Source of the DNA: an uncultured delta proteobacterium
GTDB lineage: Bacteria; Desulfobacterota; BSN033; UBA1163
Length of the DNA stretch: 64,000 bases
Reading direction: 5' to 3'
Assembly (NCBI GenBank): GCA_963827685.1
Contig: CAWHBU010000002.1
Location: forward strand, 320,001 to 384,000
The notes under the pieces were generated by a model. That model made no database searches. It saw only the letters and a list, made by a program, of their open reading frames with translations, and was not told the DNA's origin. The position numbers and the translations under genes are program-made. Positions within the stretch are counted from its first letter, which is position 1, and each line of letters opens with the position of its first letter. This document shows, piece after piece, positions 9,120-19,900 of this stretch.

Positions 9120-10565
9120 ATGACATTTAATTCGTCAGCTTTTTTCATCTTTTTCTCCGTAACCTTCTGTCTCTATTATCTGTTGCCCCATCGCTGGCAG
9201 AACAGGATGCTCCTATCTGCGAACTTTCTTTTTTATGGATGGTGGGATTGGCGGTTCTTAGGTCTAATCCTTATCTCCATTTCAACCGATTACTTCTGCT
9301 CGTTGCAGATAAACCACCATCCCGAACAAGTGTCGAAAAAAAAATTCCTTGCATTGAGCATTACCATCAATCTTGGCATCTTGGGGTTTTTCAAGTACTT
9401 TAATTTTTTCATTTCGAGTTTTGCAGATGCTCTGAAATTTGTGGGCCTTCAGCCCCACCTTCCTGTTCTCCAAATCATACTTCCTGTGGGGATCTCTTTT
9501 TACACCTTTAAGACGATAAGCTACTCAGTGGATGTGTACCGAGGTGAAATAGAGCCAACGAAGAATTTCACGGATTATGCCCTGTTCGTATCTTTCTTCC
9601 CGCAGCTCATTGCCGGCCCCATTGAGAGAGCTGGAAACCTTTTACCTCAAATTCAAAACAAGCGACGGTTTGACAAACGGCAACTTAAGGATGGGCTCCA
9701 GCTTTTCTTCTGGGGCTTGTTTAAGAAAGTATTTGTTGCTGATAATCTTGGCCTGATCGTTGACCAGGTTTATGGGAATCCGCAGGCCTCAGGAGCCGAA
9801 TACATCGTTGCAACCTGGGCGTTCGCATTTCAAATATATAGTGATTTTTCAGGATATTCGGATATGGCGCAAGGGCTGGGGAAGTGCCTGGGTTTCGAAA
9901 TGATGCAGAACTTCAAACAGCCCTATTTTGCCATCAGTCCGTCAGACTTCTGGCGCCGATGGCACATAAGCCTTTCAACATGGATGAGAGATTATCTCTA
10001 TATTCCGCTTGGTGGGAACAAGAAAGGGCCGTCAAAAACCTATCGAAACCTCATGCTCACAATGCTCCTCGCTGGACTGTGGCATGGTGCGGCCTGGAAC
10101 TTTGTTATCTGGGGAGGATATCATGGGCTACTCCTGGTCGGCCATAGAATGATGGGAGCCGGGAAAAAACTGAAAAAAGCCGCGACATCGCCGCTTATCA
10201 TTTATTTGCTAAAGGCATTTTTCATGTTTCAATTTGTCTGTATTGGGTGGATCTTTTTTAGGGCGCAAAGTCTTGAGCATATCTTTCAGATAATCAGCAG
10301 GATCTTAAACTATCTCCAGCCCGCACCTGAGGCAGGAATCATACTGGAAAACACATGTTTCTTGATTGCCTTTCCACTTGTGGTCATGGCAGTTAGGACT
10401 CTTCAGGAGATTCGACCTTCGATGTTTGAGGGGGGGGCGGTTCTTAGGTACCTGAAGTTTTCTCAACAGCCGATTTACCTGAAAAGCTTTATTTATGGGG
10501 TAATGGCTTATCTGGTTTGCTTACACGGTGTGGCAGCGAAGAGCTTTATATATATGCAGTTTTAA
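9120..10565 (+). CDS. MBOAT family polysaccharide O-acyltransferase (AlgI/PatA-like)
   Basis: LPVGISFYTF, FFPQLIAGPIER, DFSGYSDMA, FWRRWHISLS, GLWHGA; start moved to MTFNS. Confidence 0.92.
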   Translation: MTFNSSAFFIFFSVTFCLYYLLPHRWQNRMLLSANFLFYGWWDWRFLGLILISISTDYFCSLQINHHPEQVSKKKFLALSITINLGILGFFKYFNFFISSFADALKFVGLQPHLPVLQIILPVGISFYTFKTISYSVDVYRGEIEPTKNFTDYALFVSFFPQLIAGPIERAGNLLPQIQNKRRFDKRQLKDGLQLFFWGLFKKVFVADNLGLIVDQVYGNPQASGAEYIVATWAFAFQIYSDFSGYSDMAQGLGKCLGFEMMQNFKQPYFAISPSDFWRRWHISLSTWMRDYLYIPLGGNKKGPSKTYRNLMLTMLLAGLWHGAAWNFVIWGGYHGLLLVGHRMMGAGKKLKKAATSPLIIYLLKAFFMFQFVCIGWIFFRAQSLEHIFQIISRILNYLQPAPEAGIILENTCFLIAFPLVVMAVRTLQEIRPSMFEGGAVLRYLKFSQQPIYLKSFIYGVMAYLVCLHGVAAKSFIYMQF

Positions 10566-10570
10566 GACCA

Positions 10571-11734
10571 ATGGACCAAAGACGGGGTAATGGGATTGTC
10601 TCTAAGGTAATCATTGTAGTAAGGCTTGGATTCGCCTTCCTGGCGTTTTTCGTCTCGATGGAGCTTTGCGCCCGTATTGACGACAGCTTCAAGTATCAAG
10701 CACCGATATTCGGGGCTTACAGTTCTGATATACTTCGCGCGACCGATAAGGACGGAATCAGGCACAATGTACCCAGCAGCCGATTTGAGAAATGGGAGAT
10801 CAACAATTTTGGATTTAGGGGTAAGCCTTTCGGCACAGAGAAGCCGCGGGGAGTCAAGCGGATTGTCTGTATGGGTACCTCCGAGTCTTTCGGTTTGTAC
10901 GAAGACCCAAACATGGAATGGCCTGCCCAATTAAACGCCATGCTTCAGCATCACAAAAGGTACGAGGTCATCAATGCTTCGGTTGTCGGGTTGGGGATCG
11001 AATACTTTGTTCCGTATTTGAAAAAATATGTTTTTCATTTGCGGCCGGATATAGTAATTTTGTATGTAAATCCATATTTTTATCTTGGCGGTAAAATAAT
11101 GAAAAAAGCCAGGAGGCAAAACAATCCTTCTTCCCAAAACGTTACCGATAAAGTTTCAAAAAAGGTGAAAATTAAAATATCGGACCGCCTGAAACCAAGA
11201 TTGCTTCCAAAAATAAAGCAGGCAGTCAAACAGCGCATGCCGAAGGCCCTACTCAGGACCTATCAGGTTTGGGACATGTCACGCCAGGTCAGAGAGCTTG
11301 AGGAGCGCGATTTAAAAGGAAAAACCCCATTAGATGTTGTACCAAAGGAATATATGGAATCATTTGAATTGGATATGACCAGTCTTGTTGACTTTTTAAA
11401 GCATCATCAAATACAGGTTATTCTAAGTACTTATCCTACCCTTGCCACTGAAGAAAACCTGAAGCATCACCCCGAAATTTTCCTGGATGCCAGAAGGTTC
11501 TCTATTTGGTTATCTTTCAATGGAATGATGGATGCATCCAGGCGGTTCAATGATGTCCTTCGATTGGTTGCTGAGAAAACCGGGGTTGGTCTTGTTGACA
11601 GTTCCCGAATTGTTCCAGGAAATATTCAATATTTCGGTGACAATGTGCATTATACCAATGAAGGCGCGACATTAGTTGCCCAAGGCTTTGCAGATTTTAT
11701 TCTCTCAGACATGTCCATGGCATCGGGTTTTTGA
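10571..11734 (+). CDS. SGNH/GDSL hydrolase-fold protein, probable periplasmic O-acetyltransferase partner
   Basis: MGTSESFG (block I), DNVHY (block V); N-terminal TM; follows MBOAT. Confidence 0.75.
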   Translation: MDQRRGNGIVSKVIIVVRLGFAFLAFFVSMELCARIDDSFKYQAPIFGAYSSDILRATDKDGIRHNVPSSRFEKWEINNFGFRGKPFGTEKPRGVKRIVCMGTSESFGLYEDPNMEWPAQLNAMLQHHKRYEVINASVVGLGIEYFVPYLKKYVFHLRPDIVILYVNPYFYLGGKIMKKARRQNNPSSQNVTDKVSKKVKIKISDRLKPRLLPKIKQAVKQRMPKALLRTYQVWDMSRQVRELEERDLKGKTPLDVVPKEYMESFELDMTSLVDFLKHHQIQVILSTYPTLATEENLKHHPEIFLDARRFSIWLSFNGMMDASRRFNDVLRLVAEKTGVGLVDSSRIVPGNIQYFGDNVHYTNEGATLVAQGFADFILSDMSMASGF

Positions 11735-11823
11735 AGAAATCCTGGTTGAGGTAAATGACGTGTGGCATTTTAGATATAGTTTAGTTATACTGGTCGCTAA
11801 ACATCTAAAGAATTTGTCCTAAT

Positions 11824-11839
11824 TGGCATGCGACTTGCA
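11824..11839 (+). promoter_or_regulatory. Sigma-54 promoter
   Basis: TGGCATG-CGAC-TTGCA fits the -24/-12 consensus. Confidence 0.75.
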
Positions 11840-12037
11840 TTATAAAATCATTCACCAACCTTAATCCGCAAAAAAGTAACAGCTTCAGTACCAGCCAGCA
11901 GCACAACCTGCTCTGGAGCTGCGGCGGAAAACAAAAAGTTGGCAGTTTCATTGTTCTAAATAATCAAGTCCTCGTACGTTAGGGACCAAGTTTGGCAGGA
12001 GAACCTTTATCTGCGTTATTCCAATGGAGGTGCGGAC

Positions 12038-13225
12038 ATGTATTTAAAGCATTATTTCATTGTACGGAGAAAGATTCAATATCTCGGCAGAGAAAAACTG
12101 CCGCAAAAGGGCTTCATAACGATTTACGGTCTACATTTCTTTTTATTCAGTATGTTTTTCTTGATACTTTTGCAAGGCGTTCCTACCCAGCTTTTGGCTG
12201 CCCCAAATATCACAGGCGTCGCTGGCACCATTGCCAATGGTCAACAAATAACCATCAGCGGTTCCTCTTTCGGAACAAACGGCCCTACTGTTCTTCTATT
12301 CGATGACTTCGAGGGCGGGACAAATGGGAATCAGTTATCACTTAACCTGGCTCCTGTGGGAACATGGTCAGGAATCTCAACAGCAGATCATACAAGCTAC
12401 TCCAACGCTAACAAAGTGAGTGGAAGTTTAGCTGCAAGGTTTAACATTTACAACTATCCTGTAAATAATAATCCTGTAATATGGGTTACCGCTCCTTCTG
12501 CATTTGATTCTTTCTATGTCTCATGGTGGGCTATGTTGCCTGCGGGAACTGTATTTCCGGGAACTGGTAATCCTGATGGTACTAACTGGAAAGTGATGTG
12601 GGTCTGTAAAGATGATGCCTGTAATGATGCAGATGTTGATTTAGTCGGCCTTAGCTCGACAGGATGGGCACTTAGTGGAAATGATTATCCTAATGTATAT
12701 TCTATATGGTTCGATTTTAGCCTGTCAACAGGGGTTTGGTATCGGTTTCAGGAATGGATAAAAGGACGAACAGATAGCACCGGACATGAAACGATATGGA
12801 CAACAGATAGTTCAAATAAAACGGTACTCCGTAAAGATAGAGATGTTCAGACATTAAATAGTGGTGATACAAACAAGAGGCGAGTGATTTTCGTTAACGG
12901 TTATGTTAGGGATACAGCAAACTCTTATCCCACATTTGACGATGTTTATATTGCCACAGGTGAGTATGCACAGGCAAGGGTTGAGATAGGAAATGCTTCA
13001 ACTTATGCAAACTGCTCTAATCTCACAATAACCACTCCAACCTCGTGGAGTGACACTCGAATTGTAACGACAGTTAGGCAAGGGAGTTTTTCCTCTGGCC
13101 AAACAGCATATCTTTATGTCTTTGATGCAAATGGGAATGTAAATTCAACAGGTTTTCCGATAACCATTGGCGGCAAATCTGACAATTCGCGACCCATTCC
13201 TCCAGCCGGCGTTAAAATGTATTAA
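12038..13225 (+). CDS. Secreted beta-rich protein (Ig-like plus lectin/lyase-like fold), function unknown
   Basis: Signal peptide ending LLA-APNI; S/T/N/W-rich; LFDDFEGG. Confidence 0.6.
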   Translation: MYLKHYFIVRRKIQYLGREKLPQKGFITIYGLHFFLFSMFFLILLQGVPTQLLAAPNITGVAGTIANGQQITISGSSFGTNGPTVLLFDDFEGGTNGNQLSLNLAPVGTWSGISTADHTSYSNANKVSGSLAARFNIYNYPVNNNPVIWVTAPSAFDSFYVSWWAMLPAGTVFPGTGNPDGTNWKVMWVCKDDACNDADVDLVGLSSTGWALSGNDYPNVYSIWFDFSLSTGVWYRFQEWIKGRTDSTGHETIWTTDSSNKTVLRKDRDVQTLNSGDTNKRRVIFVNGYVRDTANSYPTFDDVYIATGEYAQARVEIGNASTYANCSNLTITTPTSWSDTRIVTTVRQGSFSSGQTAYLYVFDANGNVNSTGFPITIGGKSDNSRPIPPAGVKMY

Positions 13226-13394
13226 TTAGGGTCTGTCCATAAATGCCGTAATCGTCCTTTTTGTCATTCCCGTGACCCGCTGGGGCTCGCGCGTTAGCGC
13301 GGCGAGAAACGGGAATCCAGTATTTCCAATACGTTCTGGATACCCGCCTTCGCGGGTATGACGAACAAACTGAATTTATAGACAGACTCTAATT
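13224..13394. mobile_element. MITE with 21-bp TIRs carrying a REP doublet and a nested hairpin
   Basis: AATTAGGGTCTGTCCATAAAT ... ATTTATAGACAGACTCTAATT (19/21); internal GTCATTCCCG..CGGGAATCCAG / CTGGATACCCGCCTTCGCGGGTATGAC. Confidence 0.75.
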
Positions 13395-13553
13395 AGGGTG
13401 TGAGGCAACGATTTGCTATGAAATATTTTAAATTTACGACTTAATGTCAGATGTTATCTGAATCGAATAAAGTATAGTAAAATCATTAAGTTGCCTATAA
13501 AACAATAGATTTCCCCTACCAATTCTTACATTTTTTCTCCATTTTATGCGAAA

Positions 13554-14717
13554 ATGAGAATTCTTCATATTATTGATAGCGGAGGCCTATATGGTGCTGA
13601 GGCAATCGTTTTAAACTTGATGGAAGTCCATAAAAGGATGGGGCATCATCCAATGCTTTTGAGCCTGGGCGACCTTCGAGTGGGTCCCAAGGGTATTGAA
13701 GTTGAGGCGGAAAATCGCGGATTTGAAACTTATTCTTTGCGGTTTCGGAACGGTCTCAATCTGAACGGTTCAATGAAAATATTGCATTATGCATGGGATT
13801 TGGGGGCACAAATCATCCATAGCCATGGCTACAAAGGCGACATCCTCCTTGGAATAATTCCCCAAAGATGCCGTAAAATTCCTGTTGTCACAACTCTTCA
13901 TGGGTGGACTTCTACCCGGCTGTTTTCAAAAATTAGGATTTATGAATGGATGGATGCTTTGTTCATCACGAGACTGGATAAGATCGCGGTAGTTTCTTCA
14001 GCCATGCGGGACCATCGCCGCTTAAGGATGCTTGGTATCCGGCCAGCTGTCATTCATAACGGAATACCTTTATTAGATTTTGAACCCGGTATTTTTCGGA
14101 GACAATGTCTTGAAGTAGCAAAGTCTTGCGAGAATAAATTCAAAATTATTTTCGTGGGAAGATTGTCTCCTGAGAAGGGAGTCAATGACCTTATCCGGGC
14201 CATTGCCAAGATCGTGTCCCGGGGTATCAATGCCTGTCTCGTTTTAGTCGGTGAGGGAAGTGAAAAGTCTTCTCTTCGTCGGTTAGCGGTGGAGAACGGT
14301 TTATCGGACAGAGTGCATTTTGTTGGGTATCGGGAGAAGGCCTACCAACTTTTTCCCTATTTTGATCTCTTTGTTCTTCCATCGTATGCCGAGGGCTTGC
14401 CTATAACCCTTCTTGAAGCTATGCAATCAGGAGTCCCTGTTGTTGCGACAAATGTAGGGGAGATACCAAGGGTTTTAGATTTTGGGGAATATGGAGAAAT
14501 AGTTGAGCCAGGGAATCCAGAACGGTTAGCAAACGCTATCGAAAAAGTATGTCGAAATAGGGAAGAGGCAATGGCTAAAGCTTCCGCTGCTAAGGTAAGG
14601 GTTTTGGAGGAATATAGTGTTGAAAAAATGGCAAATCAGTACCTTGAGATATATAAAGACCTCATATCTAAAAGAGGAAAAATAACTGAGCCTCGAGGAG
14701 TACGGAGGATAGAATGA
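13554..14717 (+). CDS. GT4 family glycosyltransferase
   Basis: GGLYGAE, VGRLSPEKG, EGLPITLLEAM. Confidence 0.9.
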   Translation: MRILHIIDSGGLYGAEAIVLNLMEVHKRMGHHPMLLSLGDLRVGPKGIEVEAENRGFETYSLRFRNGLNLNGSMKILHYAWDLGAQIIHSHGYKGDILLGIIPQRCRKIPVVTTLHGWTSTRLFSKIRIYEWMDALFITRLDKIAVVSSAMRDHRRLRMLGIRPAVIHNGIPLLDFEPGIFRRQCLEVAKSCENKFKIIFVGRLSPEKGVNDLIRAIAKIVSRGINACLVLVGEGSEKSSLRRLAVENGLSDRVHFVGYREKAYQLFPYFDLFVLPSYAEGLPITLLEAMQSGVPVVATNVGEIPRVLDFGEYGEIVEPGNPERLANAIEKVCRNREEAMAKASAAKVRVLEEYSVEKMANQYLEIYKDLISKRGKITEPRGVRRIE

Positions 14718-16096
14718 TTTTCAAAAAGAATATCTTATGCATAGGTGCGGGTTATGTAGGAGGGCCCAGCATGGCGGTAATTGCTTTGAAGTGTCCTGAA
14801 TACAGAATCACGGTGGTGGATATTAATGAAGAAAGAATTAGGGGGTGGAACTCAGATCATTTGCCAATTTTTGAACCCGGATTAGAAGAAATACTGAAGC
14901 AGACTAGGAATAACAATCTCTTTTTTTCAGCGGACATAAAGAAAGGCATCAAGGAGGCAGATATTATTTTTGTTTCTGTAAATACCCCAACTAAAACCTT
15001 CGGCCATGGCGCTGGTATGGCTTCTGATCTCCAATACTGGGAGAAAACAGCTTATCAAGTTATTGAAAATTCAGAGAATCCCAAGATCATTGTTGAAAAG
15101 AGCACACTGCCGGTCAAAACAGCTCAAGCTATGGAAAGAATATTAAAAGAAAATAGGAATCATCTTCATTTTGAAGTGATCTCTAATCCTGAATTCTTAG
15201 CTGAGGGTTCTGCCATTAGAGACCTTATGGAACCGGATCGAGTGTTAATTGGTTCTCACCAGACCGAATCTGGGTTGAAAGCAGCCCGAGAGATCATTGA
15301 TATTTATGCCCACTGGGTTCCTAAAGAAAAAATCATTACTACGAATTTGTGGTCTTCAGAGCTTTCTAAGCTCGTGGCAAATGCTTTTTTAGCACAGAGG
15401 ATTTCTTCCATTAATTCGATTTCGGCGCTTTGTGAAAAAACTGAAGCAGATGTTTCAGAGATTTCTTTTGCTGTGGGTAGCGATGGACGGATCGGGCCAA
15501 GATTTCTCAATGCCAGCATTGGATTCGGAGGTTCGTGCTTCAAGAAAGATATTTTGAACTTAGTTTATATCGCAAGAAATTACGGCTTAGATGAGGTGGC
15601 AGATTACTGGGAAATGGTGGTTAAGATCAATGCATACCAACAAGAGCGATTTGCGACAAACATCCTGAAAGCGATGTTTAATACTGTTGTAGATAAAAAG
15701 ATTGCATTTTTTGGCTTTGCATTTAAGGCAAATACGGGTGATACACGGGAATCGCCAGGTATCTACGCTGCGAAGAAATTATTGGAGGAAAAAGCGATTC
15801 TTTCCATTACCGACCCGAAGGCTCTTGACAATGCCCAGTTAGACCTCGCGGGAGTGGATGGGGAAGTAACTTACGAATTCGATCCTTATCAGGCGGCCAT
15901 GGATGCCTCAGCCATCGTCGTGGTTACAGAATGGGAATTGTTCAAAACCCTTGACTATGAGCGCATTTTTAAAGGGATGAAAAAACCTGCCTTTATTTTC
16001 GATGGGCGAAATATTCTGAACCATCAAGAATTGTATAATATCGGATTCAATGTTTTTCCATTGGGTAAGCCTTATCTCACCCATTTTATGGATTGA
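14714..16096 (+). CDS. ugd: UDP-glucose 6-dehydrogenase
   Basis: GAGYVGG, EKSTLP, NPEFLAEG, GFGGSCFKKD, FDGRN. Confidence 0.95.
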   Translation: MIFKKNILCIGAGYVGGPSMAVIALKCPEYRITVVDINEERIRGWNSDHLPIFEPGLEEILKQTRNNNLFFSADIKKGIKEADIIFVSVNTPTKTFGHGAGMASDLQYWEKTAYQVIENSENPKIIVEKSTLPVKTAQAMERILKENRNHLHFEVISNPEFLAEGSAIRDLMEPDRVLIGSHQTESGLKAAREIIDIYAHWVPKEKIITTNLWSSELSKLVANAFLAQRISSINSISALCEKTEADVSEISFAVGSDGRIGPRFLNASIGFGGSCFKKDILNLVYIARNYGLDEVADYWEMVVKINAYQQERFATNILKAMFNTVVDKKIAFFGFAFKANTGDTRESPGIYAAKKLLEEKAILSITDPKALDNAQLDLAGVDGEVTYEFDPYQAAMDASAIVVVTEWELFKTLDYERIFKGMKKPAFIFDGRNILNHQELYNIGFNVFPLGKPYLTHFMD

Positions 16097-16609
16097 GTAA
16101 GTTTCAGACCTATCTTTTTAAGGGGTCACACGTGGGACACGTGTTGACTAGGTTGAATAACTTTTCAGGATAATAGTTAAGTTAATAAGTTTATTGGGGA
16201 AATCTTTCGCAGAAAAGGCATTAGATTTGATTCCCCACTATTGGCCAGTTGAGCAGCGTATAATACTGAATTTTCAAATACATTGTCTGCCCAGGAATTT
16301 AAGGATTGAATGAAGAGTTGGAAAGCTGCTCATTGAGCAATCTTCTTAAACTATCCTCACACCTCAACAATTAGGTAAACATTTCTTCCACTGGAACAAA
16401 TTCTCCTAAATCGTAAACAGTGATGGCTATAAAAATGTAAGGCTTCGCTGCGTTGTCGGATGTTGCATATTGAATTTAGAAGACAGGGGGTCGATGGAAA
16501 TTGGAAATCTACGGACTGCGTTCTATTGGCGGAGGTTAAACAGTTCATCAAACGTCCTCAAAGTGTGGGAAGGGGCTTGAAGAATTTTAGGAAAAAGTTC
16601 GGGACTTTT

Positions 16610-16717
16610 GTGAAAATTACTTCCACTTCCAATTTCCGTTAAAATCGTATATTTTTTATTAAGTTTAATAATTACAATATGTTACGATGATTTCGAATGA
16701 CTGGTATTTAAATTGCT
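16610..16717 (+). promoter_or_regulatory. Sigma-54 promoter (16702-16717) with IHF-like site (16672-16684) and candidate enhancer (16610-16626)
   Basis: TGGTATT-TAAA-TTGCT; TTACAATATGTTA; GTGAAAATTACTTCCAC. Confidence 0.65.
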
Positions 16718-16939
16718 TATACAGGAAGAATGGCTGCCACTGAAAGCCTTTGTCGTCAAGAAATTGTTAGTCTTTTGTAAAAATCATGGAATTAAAAATC
16801 TAAGCTCTAAACTCTTTTTTTTGAAAATGATATGCGTTTCCTACCAGGAGCGAGGATCGTGTCGTATTGGTCAACACCAGAGGAAGACTCTTAAGTGTTT
16901 GGTTATCACGAACTAAAAGGGGGAAGAAGGAGAACAGCA

Positions 16940-19900
16940 ATGAAAAAAAGTTGCATTTTTTGGGTGAGTATTTTGATATTTGTCTTAGCGGGTTTGTTTT
17001 GCACCACCCTGTGTAGCGCTAGCATACTTATAGTATCTCCCCATCCCGATGATGACGTACTTATGGCTGCAGGCATTGTATACCGAGCAAAGCAAGATAA
17101 TAGCAACGCTGTTATCAAGATAGTTTATATGACAAACGGTGACTACACCGGTGGTACTGCGATGGGGATTACTAGGGAAGGAGAGGCTGTAGCGGGCCAA
17201 AGCGTTCTCGGGATACAAGAGAATAATTTGATTTTTTTGGGTTATCCTGATGCGTATTTATATACAATATTTAATGATTACCCTCCCACAGATCAAACCG
17301 ACTACTTGACAACACCAAATAATAGCCTATATCAAACTTATGGAAGCCGTGGATTGGGCGGCTCGGATTATCATTACTACAGATTCGGATCCCATGCACT
17401 TTATAACAGTTACTACATACTCATGGATCTTAAAGATATTATTACTACTTATAACCCAGACCATATATTTGTCACTTGTGAATTCGATTCTCATCCTGAT
17501 CACAGTACAACATACCAATTCGTGCAGCTTGCAATAGCGGCCGTTCATAGCAGTAACCCGAACTATACTCCTACTGTTCACAAAACGATCATAGAGTGGT
17601 CACAGACTGCGTACACTTGGCCAGACCCTATCGATCCGACTGCGTATTTTACTGAGCCTCCGGAATTATCCACCTATACGAATCTTAACTGGAGCTCGAG
17701 AGAAAGCATCGATGTTCCATTATTGATGCAGTCAACCGATTACACAGTTAATCCAAAATACCTTGCGCTTTCAGCCCATGTGTCCCAAGGAGGAGGCAGC
17801 GGTGGGCCCGATCACAGCTTCTTGGGCAGATTCGTCCATAAAGATGAGTTTTTTTGGACCGAAAACCTTGTGGGAAGTAATCATCCGCCCGTACCCAATG
17901 CAGGCACCGATCAGACGGTTAATGGAGGGGTTGTGGTTACACTGGATGGATCTGGTAGTTTTGATCCGGACAGTAATCCTCTGTCTTTTCAATGGTCACA
18001 AATTGGAGGTATTCCAGTCACGTTGTCAAATGCGAACACTGCGCATCCCACTTTTACGTCCCCCACTGGTTTGACGCAGGATGCAGTCTTGAGTTTTGAA
18101 CTTGTTGTAAATGACGGCACGGTGAGCAGTATACCAGATTCGGTTACTGTTACTGTGAAAGCGGCAAACGGTTATGGGAATATCGCTCCCTTGGCAACCG
18201 TGACGTGTTCAAGTCAAAACCTTCCCGATCAGGGTTGTGTTAAGGCGGTGGATGGGGTTGTAGATGGGTATCCTCATGACCCCACAAAGGAGTGGGCCAC
18301 GGTTGGTGAGGGGGCTGGGGCATGGATTCAGTTGGATTGGCCGATTTTTTATGTGGTGGACCGGGTCGTTCTTCATGATCGAATAAACCTTAGCGATCAG
18401 GTCATGGCAGGAACCTTGATTTTTAGTGATGGTTCAACGGTTCCGGTGGGAACTTTGAACAACGATGGAACGGGAACCGAAGTTACTTTTACAGCGACAG
18501 TGACTAATTCGCTTAGATTCAGAGTAGATGGAGTCAGTGCTAGTACCGGGAGCGTGGGGCTAGCCGAGATTGAGGTATACGGGTTCCCTCAGACCTATAC
18601 GGTGACAGCTTCAGTCGTTAACTCGTCAGGGGGTCTGTCACGCCAGCGAGCCAGACCGCCGGCTACGGCGGCACGGTGACCTTCAGCGTGACAACGAATA
18701 ATGGCTATACGGCTTCGGTCTCTGAAGGGACGCTGGTGGGCGCTACCTGGACGATTACGAACGTCACCACGAGTCATACAGCGACCGTTACGTTCACCGC
18801 AATTACCTACACGGTGACAGCTTCAGTCGTTAACTCGTCAGGGGGCTCTGTCACGCCAGCGAGCCAGACCGCGGGCTACGGCGGCACGGTGACCTTTAGC
18901 GTCACAACGAATGCTGGCTATACGGCTTCGGTCTCTGAAGGGACGCTGGTGGGCGCTACCTGGACGATTACGAACGTCACCACCAGTCATACAGCGACCG
19001 TTACGTTCACCGCAATTACCTACACGGTGACAGCTTCAGTCGTTAACTCGTCAGGGGGCTCTGTCACGCCAGCGAGCCAGACTGCGGGCTATGGCGGCAC
19101 GGTGACCTTCAGCGTCACAACGAATAATGGCTATACGGCTTCGGTCTCTGAAGGGACGCTGGTGGGCGCTACCTGGACGATTACGAACGTCACCACGAGT
19201 CATACAGCGACCGTTACGTTCACCGCTATTACCTATACGGTGACAGCTTCAGTGGTTACCCCGTCAGGGGGCTCTGTCACGCCAGCGAGCCAGACCGCGG
19301 GCTATGGCGGCACGGTGACCTTTAGCGTCACAACGAATGCTGGCTATACGGCTTCGGTCTCTGAAGGGACGCTGGTGGGCGCTACCTGGACGATTACGAA
19401 CGTCACCACCAGTCATACAGCGACCGTTACGTTCACCGCAATTACCTACACGGTGACAGCTTCAGTCGTTAACTCGTCAGGGGGCTCTGTCACGCCAGCG
19501 AGCCAGACTGCGGGCTATGGCGGCACGGTGACCTTCAGCGTCACAACGAATAATGGCTATACGGCTTCGGTCTCTGAAGGGACGCTGGTGGGCGCTACCT
19601 GGACGATTACGAACGTCACCACGAGTCATACAGCGACCGTTACGTTCACCGCTATTACCTATACGGTGACAGCTTCAGTGGTTACCCCGTCAGGGGGCTC
19701 TGTCACGCCAGCGAGCCAGACCGCGGGCTATGGCGGCACGGTGACCTTCAGCGTCACAACGAATAATGGCTATACGGCTTTGGTCTCTGAAGGGACGCTG
19801 GTGGGCAGTACCTGGACGATTACGAACGTCACCACGAGTCATACAGCGACCGTCACGTTCACCGCTATTACCTACACGGTGACAGCTTCAGTCGTTAACT

